Virus record (IMG/VR): IMGVR_UViG_3300037067_004899
Span: 6,502-70,501 of that record
Reading direction: 5' to 3' (one strand)
From: a virus
Lineage: Duplodnaviria; Caudoviricetes
DNA: 64,000 nucleotides
Shown: one piece after another, positions 10,595-21,244 of the stretch
How the letters are laid out: every line of letters starts with the position of its first letter
How positions within the stretch are numbered: the first letter of the stretch is position 1
Translations under genes and position numbers: made by a program
The notes under the pieces: model-generated
Database searches by the model: none
What the model was told of the DNA's origin: nothing
The model's input: only the letters and a program-made list of their open reading frames with translations

Positions 10595-11273
10595 CGGGAT
10601 GCGCTGCCTTATATCTGATATTTAAACAGGGCTGGCACAACTCCAGCTTATGGTATTTCGCTCCATCAGCAAGAATTTGTTCAAGAGTCTTTTTCTTTGT
10701 CTCCTTTATTTCATTTCCGCAATCGTGGCAAATGTGTGCAGAATCGTTTTTGTCGTCTCGTTCAGGCTTTCCGCTCAGACATTCGGGGTAATCGTGCTTA
10801 TCTTTCTGTTGTGGTGGATCTTCATCATCCATACGCCTTTGAAAACTGTCGGGGTCGTCTTTGTCGGTAGGTATATTGAAGAATTTCAGTATAAAATATT
10901 TTTCTGCATATGTAAGCGCTTTGCCGACTCCTTTTTCGCCTGCAATGTCAACACCCTGCCCGTACCATGCGCACTCTATTTTTTCATCCGGTTTTTCTGC
11001 GTTTACCCAAGCCATAGACATATCAAGCTCCGTAAAATAAGTATTGGTGCGTTTGGATATGTGATCTTTAGCGTCAAAAAACTCAATGGACGATGTTGAC
11101 ACAGAATGTCCTTTTACAGATGGAACTAGCAATATTTTGAGTTCATCAAGTTTTGACTTGATGTTGCCTAATACCTGGCTGCTTGACACGTATTTATACT
11201 GTTCGCCTTGGTTTTCTTTTTGCAGGTATGGCACACATTTACGGACTTCGATTAGTTTTTCATGTAGGTTCAT
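10587..11273 (-). CDS. erf: ERF-family ssDNA annealing protein
   Basis: EKGVGKALTYAEKYFILKFFNIPTDKDDPD signature. Confidence 0.9.
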   Translation of the reverse strand: MNLHEKLIEVRKCVPYLQKENQGEQYKYVSSSQVLGNIKSKLDELKILLVPSVKGHSVSTSSIEFFDAKDHISKRTNTYFTELDMSMAWVNAEKPDEKIECAWYGQGVDIAGEKGVGKALTYAEKYFILKFFNIPTDKDDPDSFQRRMDDEDPPQQKDKHDYPECLSGKPERDDKNDSAHICHDCGNEIKETKKKTLEQILADGAKYHKLELCQPCLNIRYKAAHPDA

Positions 11274-11797
11274 ATTTCTACCTCAAAACTATCCGGCCTT
11301 TCCTGTGCTGTTACTCCATCAATGATTTCTCCGTTTACAGATATAATCTTGTCAGACCTAACAGTAACAGTCTTTTTCAACTCGCCCCATTGTGCCTTTT
11401 TCTCGGTTTTGACATAGGAACCAAACTCATTGTCTTCAAGCCACTTAACCAGAATATCGTTGTCAACCTTAAATTCCGGCGTGCCGAATTTCCTTTTGAG
11501 CGTACCAGAAGGAAGTTTATAGGTTTCCTGCGTTTTTGTAGCCTTGTGTGGTACTGATTCAAAATAAAGCCTGAGTTGTTCCTTAAGATATGCCGTTTTA
11601 CTTTCATACTGCTTTGAGTAGTTTTCAGCCTTCATTTGATACTCATTTATGAAAGTCTGACATACATTTATCATTCGCTGAGTTTCGGCTCTTTCTTCCG
11701 CAATTTTCTTCAACGCCCACTCGGCCAGGTTGTCGTTATTGATCGCGAAGCCTTCTTCTGCTTCACCTATGATTTCAAGCGCTAAATTGTCCATCAT
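11270..11797 (-). CDS. gam: Mu Gam-like host nuclease inhibitor
   Basis: AEWALKKI, coiled coil, KTQETYKLPSGTLKRK; adjacent to ERF. Confidence 0.75.
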   Translation of the reverse strand: MMDNLALEIIGEAEEGFAINNDNLAEWALKKIAEERAETQRMINVCQTFINEYQMKAENYSKQYESKTAYLKEQLRLYFESVPHKATKTQETYKLPSGTLKRKFGTPEFKVDNDILVKWLEDNEFGSYVKTEKKAQWGELKKTVTVRSDKIISVNGEIIDGVTAQERPDSFEVEI

Positions 11798-12406
11798 TTT
11801 TCCCCTCCCATAATATTTTTATCAGCCGGACATCCATTAAGGTAATTCGTCAGGCATAGCCAACGCGGTTTACTATCGTAAGAATATCCGTTTCCCACGC
11901 CGCCGCCTGATCGTACAGGGCAATTGTGCGGGTGAAAGCATTTTCGTGATGGACATTCTTTGTCAGTGACCTCTACCGTTCGAATTTCACCTGCAAACTT
12001 GACTTTAACCTTCATCCCATTACCTCCCCATTAATCCCCACCACCCACCGCACCGTACCCGACGCGTTCGCAGATGCCCGATACGGTTGGGCGGGGAAAG
12101 GTTTAAAATATTTCTTCAGGTTTGCTTTCAACGTCAGCTGTGACCTTTGACACTGCATAATCCCAAACAAATATATCCTTTGACTCCTTCTTAATGTCGT
12201 ACTCTTTCCTGAATTCTGCAAATGCCTTCTTGAGAAATTGCTCGGCATCATCAGCCAATTTGAGAGTCAGCGAACCATTGTAAGATTTTTCGAGTTTGAA
12301 TATTTTTATCCCCATCAGCTCCAACTGCTTATCAATTGCGTGTTGCTCGTATTCCTTGACCTTTTCTTTAAGTGCGTCATAATCTTTCAACGCCATTGTT
12401 ACTGAA

Positions 12407-12583
12407 TTATCCATTTACTTTTCCACCTTTCAATTTGTTTTTCCACTCTTTCCTTACCTGTCTGCAAATTTCGCACCTTTTAGGCTCCTTGAATCCCTTC
12501 TCCGCGTACCACTGCTGTTCGCCTGCTGTCCATATAAAGCCACATTTGCAGTCGGTACAGGATAGGGTTATATCGCCGATCAT
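12407..12583 (-). CDS. Zinc-ribbon domain protein
   Basis: LSCTDCKCGFIWTAGEQQWYAEKGFKEPKRCEICR. Confidence 0.8.
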   Translation of the reverse strand: MIGDITLSCTDCKCGFIWTAGEQQWYAEKGFKEPKRCEICRQVRKEWKNKLKGGKVNG

Positions 12584-12596
12584 GTGGCACCGCCTT

Positions 12597-12947
12597 TCAC
12601 TCCTCGACAGCCATGCCCTCATACGCCCGTATAACAACAAACGCTTCTTTGACATATTCAACCCTGCGCTTGTCGGTTATGCTGCCAATATTGGCATACT
12701 GCTTTTTCATGCGCTCAATAGTTGTAAAACAATGCGTTCCCCAATCGACAAGTTCGCCAGTTACGACATTTTCCCAAAGTGCATTCTGCTTGATTGTTTC
12801 ATCACTGCCAAACATACTGCGGTTTACTGTCACCACGGGTTCCTGCACCATCTGAAACAATTGTGGTTTTTCATCGTCTGATAATATAATGCGGTTCTTG
12901 TCGCTGATGTAGATTTCGTCTGCTCTGATTTCGCTATCAAGTAACAT
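12597..12947 (-). CDS. Hypothetical protein
   Basis: ORF with GGAGG RBS. Confidence 0.6.
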   Translation of the reverse strand: MLLDSEIRADEIYISDKNRIILSDDEKPQLFQMVQEPVVTVNRSMFGSDETIKQNALWENVVTGELVDWGTHCFTTIERMKKQYANIGSITDKRRVEYVKEAFVVIRAYEGMAVEE

Positions 12948-13040
12948 ATTAGTTACCTCCCATAAATTTATTTACATAATTGTGAAGCCGTGTTATACTT
13001 ACCTTGGATATTTACTTGACCGCTTAAGGGCGGTCTTTTT

Positions 13041-13589
13041 CTACCTTCTTACCGGTAACACGTACCGGATTCCGTCTTTAGAGCCTATTGATATTGCACC
13101 GATCTTACCTCTAAGCTGAATCTCTGCCGGATTTTTATGCAGACTATCTTTATGAATACTGTTGAGTGCATCAAGTAAAAAGAATTGGCTAACACTTACA
13201 GTGTGCGTTACAGGGAAACGTTCGATTTCTTCAATGGCTTTGTTTATGTCCATATAGTTTCCGTCAGGTTGCTTGTAGCCGACAATCCTACCGCCGATAT
13301 CTATCAAGCATCTTTTGTCAACCAGTTCAATGGTCGCATATTCAAAGTTTGCTCCAACAGGTAAATATGGCTTGATAAACACAGTGAAACTTTCATCAAC
13401 ATCAAAGCATTTCGCGTTTTCTATGGAAAGTCTGTACCCGTCACAAGAGACTGCTTTTGCCTGCATACCTTCGTGAGTAAATTCGAGTTTTATGTATTGC
13501 TGCATATGTCTGTTGTCGTCTTTTGAAATAAACTTTGCAGTTGCCTTTATGAGTCGTTTCAATTCATCTGTTAATATAACTGCTTTCAT
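13041..13589 (-). CDS. DNA polymerase III beta-clamp-like protein (short)
   Basis: ISKDDNRH..AVSCDGYRLS resembles DnaN domain (..RPILTG..VATDGHRLA); C-terminal RYVLPVR. Confidence 0.65.
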   Translation of the reverse strand: MKAVILTDELKRLIKATAKFISKDDNRHMQQYIKLEFTHEGMQAKAVSCDGYRLSIENAKCFDVDESFTVFIKPYLPVGANFEYATIELVDKRCLIDIGGRIVGYKQPDGNYMDINKAIEEIERFPVTHTVSVSQFFLLDALNSIHKDSLHKNPAEIQLRGKIGAISIGSKDGIRYVLPVRR

Positions 13590-13624
13590 TATCTTTCCTT
13601 TCTGCCCCTTGAATGGGGCTTTTT

Positions 13625-14323
13625 CTATTCCTCAATTGTCCAGAGTCCATCCACCATTTTTGTTGAAATGTTAATTGTTGCTCCAACAACGCTTCTTGCT
13701 TTCAGCCAGTGACCGATTTTATTTGCCGAACTTTCTTCTGCGAGCAGTGTAAGTTTCATGCCGTCAAGTGTAATGATCGGATGTCTGCCCTCAATAGCCG
13801 CCTTTACTGCTTCCATGAATGGAACGGGTTGAGGGATTTCTTCAAGTTCTGCGTGCCCACTTACGTATGCCCAATTGTCGTAATCATTGCCTTGTAAAAT
13901 GCCGTTAGCATCTACAACAATTTCAAAGTACTTCTTGCCCGCGGGACTAACACAAGCACCTGCAACCACCTTGTACTTCTTCCCCCCATACTTCTGCGGA
14001 TTCTCCAATGCATCTACCATTAATTTACATGCCTTCATCTTTCCTTCTCCTTTCGATTCAACAAGAGTCAAACAACCTCTGTCATTGTTCGATATGTAAA
14101 TTTTCCCTTCCTCATTGCGTAGTAAGTAAAGAGTCCCATATTGTCGAGGTTTACTATGCTTCCCCGTTGCAACAACAGTGTAGTCACCTACTGGCAATTC
14201 CTTACACTCTGCCCAAAATTCCTTAAACTTTTCCAATCCGTTTTCCTTGAAAAAATTATCATAAGTTGAAAATGTGCCCCCGCCGTTTATTGCGCGTACC
14301 TTGTCCCCTACTTTGTACTTCAT
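13625..14323 (-). CDS. Hypothetical phage protein
   Basis: MKYKVGDKVR start with GGAGG RBS. Confidence 0.65.
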   Translation of the reverse strand: MKYKVGDKVRAINGGGTFSTYDNFFKENGLEKFKEFWAECKELPVGDYTVVATGKHSKPRQYGTLYLLRNEEGKIYISNNDRGCLTLVESKGEGKMKACKLMVDALENPQKYGGKKYKVVAGACVSPAGKKYFEIVVDANGILQGNDYDNWAYVSGHAELEEIPQPVPFMEAVKAAIEGRHPIITLDGMKLTLLAEESSANKIGHWLKARSVVGATINISTKMVDGLWTIEE

Positions 14324-14342
14324 TTTCCTTCCCTCCTTCCCG

Positions 14343-14625
14343 TTACTCTGCCGGCATTGTGTAAATTGGTGTAACGAAAATCTCATCTTCTTTACCCATG
14401 AACTGTTTTAGTTCAATGCTGTATATGTGCTTTTGTATCTCGTCAAGCACCTGCAATGCCCGTTCCTTTGTGGCATATCCACCAAGAAACGCACGGTTGA
14501 TTTCATCATCGTCAATGATAAAATGCCCTCTTACTTGGAAAGATGCAAAGTTGGTATAACCGATTTTATTTGTACATCCTAATGATTCCTTGTTCTGTGA
14601 CCTAATCCAGATTCCGATAAGTCAT
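14343..14625 (-). pseudogene. WIRSQ-type phage ORF whose start is one base out of frame
   Basis: GGAGG-ATG ACT T ATC GGA ATC TGG ATT AGG TCA CAG: one extra base separates the ATG from the open frame. Confidence 0.4.
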
Positions 14626-16498
14626 CCCTCCTCCCTTGATAAATTGGCCTGCCCTTCTGGTCATATGCCAGTACCTTGATGCGTTCAGGATGTTTAATTA
14701 CCTGTTTAGGTTTTGGCTCCATGTAGCGCTTCCAGATTGCGTCAGTGATGATTTTGGCGATATACAAATTCCCTGCGATTATGATTAGCCCTAGCGCGCA
14801 GTATCCGAGTCGTGTCAAAGGTGACAAACTGTACCAATCCATAAGATCACCCCTCCCTAAGCTTTATTGCTCTGACTTCTCCCGGGCAATTTCTTGCTAC
14901 AAGTTGGCACATGGACTTATATTTAAGGCAATAGCCCTTCTTGCCATCCTGCTGACGGTAAGTGCATTTTTTACACATTCCTTTTCGCGTTACCAATTTC
15001 ATGCCCTCCTGCGTTCCATTTTCCTGCGCTTATGCTGGTCACTGCGGAAGTTGTATCCCGCCGCCCCGTTGCCGTCGAAGTAGTGTCCTCTGCCTCCAAG
15101 AGACTCCAAGGGCTTTACAACACTGAGTTTAGGATTCATAGCTTTCAAGTCTTTCCCGAAGAACCGTTTCCACAGTCTGACTATTGCAGACCATATTCCG
15201 TTTGTGTATTTCATAATTGACCTCCTTAATTTATTAGCCTTTCGGCTTGGGCCCGATACGCTCGGGCGGGCGTGCGGGTTATACCCTGTTCTGGATTTCA
15301 CACAATTTGTCGTTGATGTCCTGCGCCGTGGTTCTGATAAAGCGCAGTCTTGATTCAAGATTGCAAGGTTCTGCTGTATTAGACGTTTTGCTTGCTTCGT
15401 CGCCAAACAATCTGTCCTTAATGATGCTTGCTTTGTTGTTTACGTCTGCGAGAGTGTCAATGATAGTTGACGCAATGTCATTCAACTGCTGTGCCGGTGG
15501 TGCTGCCATACATTTTGCTTCGTTCATGATAGTCCTCCTTTCACTTAGATTTATTTATGTGAATTGTGGGTGGGGAATGGGATGCTAAGGCGAAGTCATT
15601 CTGTGTCTAATCCGTCCTTTGTATATCCAAGTATTTTTAATGTCTCTTGTTTATATGCGTCAAGTAAAACATATTCCGCTAAATTTAGCAGTGCTTTTCT
15701 GTATTTTTCGTTATCGTCAACCGATTCCTTCAATTGTTGTTTGCAAGCCTTTAGCTCGTGTTTTAAGGATTCTATTTCTCTTTCGCGTTGACATTCTTTC
15801 TGATCTTGAGCCGTATCCTCTTCATCCGGTATAGGATTATAAAATGGATGATGTAATAAACTCATAATTTGCACACCTCTTTCAACTACCTTTGCTATCC
15901 AACCCCATACGCCCCATCCTGCACCTTCTCCGCAATACTCAGGCATATGTCGTATATCTCCTGTTGCTGTGCTTCCGTAGGAACCTTACCGAATGCTGTC
16001 CAGTTAAATGCTATATCTTGGTCGGTCATGGATTGGGCTAGTTTTTGCATAGACAATTGCGTAGTCATAATACACTCACTCTTGGAATTGCAAGTTCAGC
16101 ACCTGTTATCCTTGAGGTGTTAAGCATGTTAAAAATTCCACTCGGGTAATTAGTTTCAAGGGCAGGATTAAACATGGTATATTCAGGATTAACATCTGTA
16201 ACATTGCCAATGAGATAATATGTCCCGTTGTGTTTGTTACTGCGGAAAAATACCTTGATCTGTTTGCCTAAATTGCTTAAGATAAATTCAATATTTGAAT
16301 CAATGGAAACAGATTGCCTTTCCACCTTTGCAGATACAGACAGCAATTGAGTTGCACTGTTATCTTTTAACGCAGATAATCTTTCGTCAATGTCCTCACA
16401 TTTGCAGTACGCTATATGCCTGCTACATTTTGCACAATACATTTTACCTTCCTCCGTTCTGATCTCTCCTATGCCGATATACCTACTGCTGGTAAGCG

Positions 16499-17035
16499 CT
16501 ATTTCAAAAGCAAAACTGACTGTATCTTCTCCTTGACAAACTCTGTATCTACCTCGGCGGTAACCGTTGAATTAACCTCAATTGATGGCGTTTCGATACC
16601 GACAGCATCAGCAAGCTCCTTAATCCTTACCGCTGATCTGGAAGTTTTCGCAGCCCGAATTGCAGCATCGAATTTATTTCTGATTTCAGATTCCTTTTGC
16701 TTGTATGTGGAATTTTCTCTAATACCTTCCGCAATGCTTCCAATAACGCCATCAAGAATATTTGTTGTGGCGGTGTTGTGGTAAAACCTGATGTGTGACG
16801 GAAACTTATTATCCGATGCAATACCTTTGAATTCCTGTGCGATTTTTGAAAGTCCAGAGTTGACCATAGTACATGATTTTTCAAGTTCGGTTATCGCCGA
16901 CTTAAACCCATCTGACAATAAAAGTGATGCCTGTACATTTGCTTCTTTGCGAAGCTCCATGATAGCCCTGTTTCTGTACTCTTCCAGTAACTTAATAAAA
17001 TTTGACCTTTCCATTTGATAAATTCCACCTTTCAT
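16499..17035 (-). CDS. Hypothetical helical protein
   Basis: 178-aa ORF in early operon. Confidence 0.65.
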   Translation of the reverse strand: MKGGIYQMERSNFIKLLEEYRNRAIMELRKEANVQASLLLSDGFKSAITELEKSCTMVNSGLSKIAQEFKGIASDNKFPSHIRFYHNTATTNILDGVIGSIAEGIRENSTYKQKESEIRNKFDAAIRAAKTSRSAVRIKELADAVGIETPSIEVNSTVTAEVDTEFVKEKIQSVLLLK

Positions 17036-17177
17036 ATAAAATAAATTTGTGATATGATTATGTAGATAAATTCCTTTAGCCCTCCGGGGCTATTTTTTTT
17101 GCGCTCCTCCTATTTAGGAAAATAAGTGAACATTTGTGTCTTATGTGGTAAAATATTGTCGAAAGGGGGTGATTATA

Positions 17178-17447
17178 TTGAGTTCATACTTTATTTCTTA
17201 TGATCTGGAAAATCCGGGTCAAAATTACGATGCAGTACACAAGGCGATTGAATCAATGGGAACCTATAACCATATTTTAAAATCCGCTTACTTGCTTAGG
17301 TGTGGTCTTCCTATAGAAACCGTGGAAGACAATATATCAAAAGTTCTTGATTCTAATGACCGCCTTGTGATTTGCCTGATTCAACCGCCAGTACACGGAT
17401 ATCTTAAAACAGTTGAATGGCCTGATATTCATTCAACATTCATTTGA
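17178..17447 (+). CDS. Cas2/VapD-like ferredoxin-fold small protein, counter-oriented
   Basis: SYFISYDLENPGQNYDAVHKAIESMG..SAYLL..DSNDRLVI; TTG start after AGGGGG RBS. Confidence 0.6.
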   Translation: MSSYFISYDLENPGQNYDAVHKAIESMGTYNHILKSAYLLRCGLPIETVEDNISKVLDSNDRLVICLIQPPVHGYLKTVEWPDIHSTFI

Positions 17448-17692
17448 GATTTGAGCCATTCGTTCCCGGTGATGTTAGGGCTATCCGATACTAACTGACT
17501 AGCTCTGATTTCATCTTCGCTTGGGCTGGATTCTTCCGGCCCTTCTTCTATGTAATTGAAGCAAATCTCCTGGACTCCGTTTTCCAACGCTTCCTTTACT
17601 ATTGAGATAATTTCTTCAACCTGAGTTTCTCCGTCTAGCACTGTAGCGTTTTCCTTCTTGACATAGTTACTGAATAATTTAACTTTTGACAT
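17429..17692 (-). CDS. Hypothetical acidic protein
   Basis: AGGAGG RBS; first gene after cro. Confidence 0.6.
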   Translation of the reverse strand: MSKVKLFSNYVKKENATVLDGETQVEEIISIVKEALENGVQEICFNYIEEGPEESSPSEDEIRASQLVSDSPNITGNEWLKSQMNVE

Positions 17693-17772
17693 TTTAGTTC
17701 ACCTCCTTTCTATGCTGGCTTGGATTCTATCCCGTTTGGGTTGTTGCTTATGTAGGGTTATGCTGGTTTGGA

Positions 17773-18138
17773 TTGTTCACGATTGTTACCACTAAGAGAA
17801 AAAAATATCATCTATTGTAACGCTTTCACCTATCACGGTAAATACCTTCGCAATTTTGCCAGCTTCCACAATGTTAAATAGCACGTCGCCGTTGATTTTT
17901 TTAAGGGTATTCCGATAAGTTACTCCAATAGTTTTTGAAATGTCTTCTCTGCTTACGCCGTGTTTTGCCATAAGCTGTGCCAAAGTAGGATATGCCGGTT
18001 TTTTCATCTACAATCACCTCGCAATACTTTTGTTGTTCACGTTTGTTACCATTATATCATTTTGCATAATGTTGTCAATACCATTTGTGCAAATTTCAAT
18101 AATATTTTTATTTACAAAGTGGTAACAATAGTGTACAA
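17773..18138. promoter_or_regulatory. Three 21-bp operator-like sites around cro
   Basis: TTGTTCACGATTGTTACCACT (17773-17793), TTGTTCACGTTTGTTACCATT (18033-18053), TTGTACACTATTGTTACCACT (minus strand, 18118-18138). Confidence 0.65.
17792..18007 (-). CDS. Cro-like HTH regulator
   Basis: VSREDISKTIGVTYRNTLKKING; divergent from cI-like gene. Confidence 0.85.
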   Translation of the reverse strand: MKKPAYPTLAQLMAKHGVSREDISKTIGVTYRNTLKKINGDVLFNIVEAGKIAKVFTVIGESVTIDDIFFS

Positions 18139-18171
18139 TGCATAATGAATATAATGAGAAGGAGATTTAAA

Positions 18172-18399
18172 ATGGGTTCAGAAGTACTTGCAAGGCGGTT
18201 GAAGGAATTAAGAGAGGAAAAGGGACTGGGCGTTAGGCAACTTGCTGCAATTTTAGGAATGTCTCATGTGGCAATTTCTTATTACGAAAATCAAAAAAGA
18301 GTTCCTGATTTATTAGTAGGGAAAAAATTTGCTGACTTTTTTAATACAACTTGCGATTATCTTATAGGTTTATCGGATGAAAGATACAGGAAGGATTGA
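18172..18399 (+). CDS. CI-like XRE repressor (HTH only)
   Basis: RLKELREEKGLGVRQLAAILGMSHVAISYYENQKRVPD. Confidence 0.9.
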   Translation: MGSEVLARRLKELREEKGLGVRQLAAILGMSHVAISYYENQKRVPDLLVGKKFADFFNTTCDYLIGLSDERYRKD

Positions 18400-18404
18400 T
18401 CGGT

Positions 18405-19595
18405 ATGGCAAAATCTACCATGAAGCGCGGTCCCAAAGGCACAGGGCATTATTACATGACACCTGAGGGTAAGTATGGTTGGCGACAAAGAATTGATGGA
18501 GAAGAACGTTATCTTTCTGCTGATACTCTGAAAGAGTTGCAGGAGAAAATTAATGAAGTAATTGATTTGAAGATTATAAGATCGAAGTTAAAAGTTGATG
18601 AATTGTTTACCAAATATCTTGCTTACATTAAAGCATTAAGAAAAAAGGCAACACACAATCAATATAACGACATTTATAAAAAACACATCCAGCCTGAAAT
18701 CGGTAAAAGAAAAATTTCAACAATAAGTCCCGGGGATATACAGGATGTTATTTTTGCAATGAATCAAAAGGGTCTATCTACTTGGACAATGAAACATGCC
18801 AAGAAGATAATGAACGGCGGATTTACCTATGCCATTAAAAAAGAAAAGGTCATATCTCGTAACCCTGTTCAGGATATTGATAGTAAAATTGAAATACCAC
18901 AGAAAAATGCGAAGCTTCGCAAAACCTTAAACAGTGAAGAGTTGCTTAAATTATACAGGCAACTTGAACGATCACGGTGGATATGGTCCGCAAAGTTTCT
19001 ATTGATAACCGGGATGCGCCGCGGAGAACTCTTGGCTCTGCGTTCGCCCGATATCGATGTAATCAATAAGAGAATCGCCATTGATGAATCAGACAGTTCT
19101 ACGGGCTTGGGTGACACTAAAACAAAGATACATTACATTCCACTTTCTCCACTGATGGAAAAATATCTAGCGGGGCAAAAGCAGATGCTTGAGGCTGAAA
19201 CAAATCCGATATTACACAATAAAGAGTTGAAGAAAACTAACCTGATATTCCCCAATAAGAAAGGTGTAATGCTCCAGCCAGGTTCTTATTATACCATGAT
19301 GGCAAGGGCAGCGATTAACGCCGGCATACATGCAAGTCCCCACATGCTCCGACATACATTCGTATATATGAACCGCAAAAAGTTATCCTTAAAAGAAATA
19401 CAGAATATTCTCGGACATGATGAAAGTACAACCACTCTTGACATATACGGCGATATGCTGGATGAATCTACAGAGCAAACAGGAAAAGATATAGATGAAA
19501 CGTTTGCTGATCTGGATAAAAGTATATCTGAAATGAAAAATAATGAACTGGCAAAAGTCATCGATATTAACAAGCGTAAAAATATAGGGGGATAA
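18405..19595 (+). CDS. int: Tyrosine integrase
   Basis: TGMRRGELLAL, K, HMLRH, LGH..TTLDIY catalytic residues; SAM-like N-terminal domain. Confidence 0.96.
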   Translation: MAKSTMKRGPKGTGHYYMTPEGKYGWRQRIDGEERYLSADTLKELQEKINEVIDLKIIRSKLKVDELFTKYLAYIKALRKKATHNQYNDIYKKHIQPEIGKRKISTISPGDIQDVIFAMNQKGLSTWTMKHAKKIMNGGFTYAIKKEKVISRNPVQDIDSKIEIPQKNAKLRKTLNSEELLKLYRQLERSRWIWSAKFLLITGMRRGELLALRSPDIDVINKRIAIDESDSSTGLGDTKTKIHYIPLSPLMEKYLAGQKQMLEAETNPILHNKELKKTNLIFPNKKGVMLQPGSYYTMMARAAINAGIHASPHMLRHTFVYMNRKKLSLKEIQNILGHDESTTTLDIYGDMLDESTEQTGKDIDETFADLDKSISEMKNNELAKVIDINKRKNIGG

Positions 19596-19868
19596 TAGGG
19601 GGATTTTTCATAAGAATGGCGGGAATCAGAAAAGCTGAAACCCGCCATTTTAAATGGTCGGAGTGACGTGACTTGAACACGCGACCTCTTGCACCCCAAG
19701 CAAATAATCGTTGCAGATAATATCGGTAACAATTGTATACACACCATCATAATTCAAAGCTTGTAATCTGTGGTAACATATGTTTACGTGTTGTTATGTC
19801 TACTGAACTGATTGAAAATAGGGGGATAATAAGGGGATATTTAATATAAGGGGATAATAAGGGGATAT
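19585..19868. repeat. Integrase arm-type binding sites
   Basis: (T/A)AGGGG(G)AT(A) direct repeats: two left of core (19585-19603), four right (19819-19868). Confidence 0.75.
19655..19702 (-). other. attP core: 3' half of tRNA-Pro(GGG)
   Basis: Reverse complement TGCTTGGGGTGCAAGAGGTCGCGTGTTCAAGTCACGTCACTCCGACCA has anticodon arm, T arm, acceptor 3' strand and CCA; 5' half absent. Confidence 0.9.
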
Positions 19869-19924
19869 TACGCGAGTGCTTGCTCCTGACTTTTGAGTAA
19901 AAAAAATAACCCTTTCGGGTTATT

Positions 19925-20176
19925 TCATTTAAGTGGAAAGTCATCTATTGCTTGTTGGTATATCAAAATTACTGCATGAGCGACTAAATCCAGATTAAGT
20001 TTTTCGTATTCATTTATTTTTACGAGAAGTTCACCGGATACCAAGGTTTTTATTTCCCCCTCTTTTTGTAAGATAAGTTCATTAATACCGCGATACTCTT
20101 CGTCACTCTCAATAATTTCTTCGCATCTCTTTTGTAAGAATTCCTGGAATGCTGCGCTGTTAATAACGTCACTCAT
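19925..20176 (-). CDS. Hypothetical protein
   Basis: 83-aa ORF. Confidence 0.55.
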   Translation of the reverse strand: MSDVINSAAFQEFLQKRCEEIIESDEEYRGINELILQKEGEIKTLVSGELLVKINEYEKLNLDLVAHAVILIYQQAIDDFPLK

Positions 20177-20984
20177 TACTCATTCTCCCTTACTATTTAT
20201 TCCCAATTTAGTGATCCATAATGAACAATAGAAACTTTAATGCCTGCTCAACAGCCTGGCTGACAGATATGCCATGTTTACTGCAGTACCTGTACAATAC
20301 TCTTGATTGCCTTTTGTTGAGCCTTATACCATCGGTTTGAATCGGTTGGCTGGTATGCTTAATTTTGCTGTTTGATATTTCCATAGCATCATCCTCCGAT
20401 ACGTTGTGACATTTTGCGACATATTACGACATGTTATGTAAACCTAATTATATTATATTGCTGGCAATGACTTTTTACAATGCGCTGAAAGTCCTATGGA
20501 TAAAGCAGAGATATAATTATCATCTGATCATAATACCAAGTCGTATGACAAGATGATGATACCAAGTCATATCACCTGATTATATAACTTTATCTTATTA
20601 ACAGGTTTGTAGACAAGCATGGGTGAAATCTGTTAAGCTTGGAGGCGAACATCTGTTGTTGATATCAGTTCGTAATCTGCATTGAGATTTCAGGGTTATA
20701 AAAAGGTTTCAGAGTGTGCATTCTTTCTTACTTCTGTTCTTGGGGAAAGTATTTTTTCTTTGGTTCTTTCTTTGTTAGAAAACCCCTTCTTATCTTCGTT
20801 CTTTCTTAATTTATTTTTTGTGCAAAAAGAAAGGCCGCCCATAAGAGGCAGCCTAATCGCTTAAGGAAGAAGGGATAATACCCTTCTTTCTCTTATACTA
20901 TACATTATACACCATTTTCAGGAAAGTAAACATATTTTCAAAAATAATCCCCTCACCGGTTAAGGTAAAGGGGGCGCTGTGAGT

Positions 20985-21185
20985 TTAATCTTTGACTACT
21001 GTTGCCATATATTCAACGCTTATCGATATTTCCATTTCGCCATTACATTCAGGACAAAATATATTCAGCATGCAGTCCATATCTCCGTTAACAGCCCGTT
21101 CGCCTTCAAATTTGTATCCACAATAAGGGCAAATAATATCATCGATACATTGAGTTTGGTCGGTAGGATACTTACTCTTTGACAT
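20985..21185 (-). CDS. Zn-ribbon protein
   Basis: CPYCG..CPECN. Confidence 0.65.
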   Translation of the reverse strand: MSKSKYPTDQTQCIDDIICPYCGYKFEGERAVNGDMDCMLNIFCPECNGEMEISISVEYMATVVKD

Positions 21186-21244
21186 TTTAAATCACTCCTT
21201 CCACCTTTTTATATTCCCTTATACCCCTGTATCCAGGGTGTGGG

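Noticed and set aside
19655-19702. Functional phage tRNA-Pro
   Set aside because: The 5' half (acceptor 5' strand and D arm) is missing; it is an att core
20400-20980. Non-coding stretch with TACCAAGTC repeats and a pyrimidine-rich tract
   Set aside because: No convincing ORF or fold could be supported by eye
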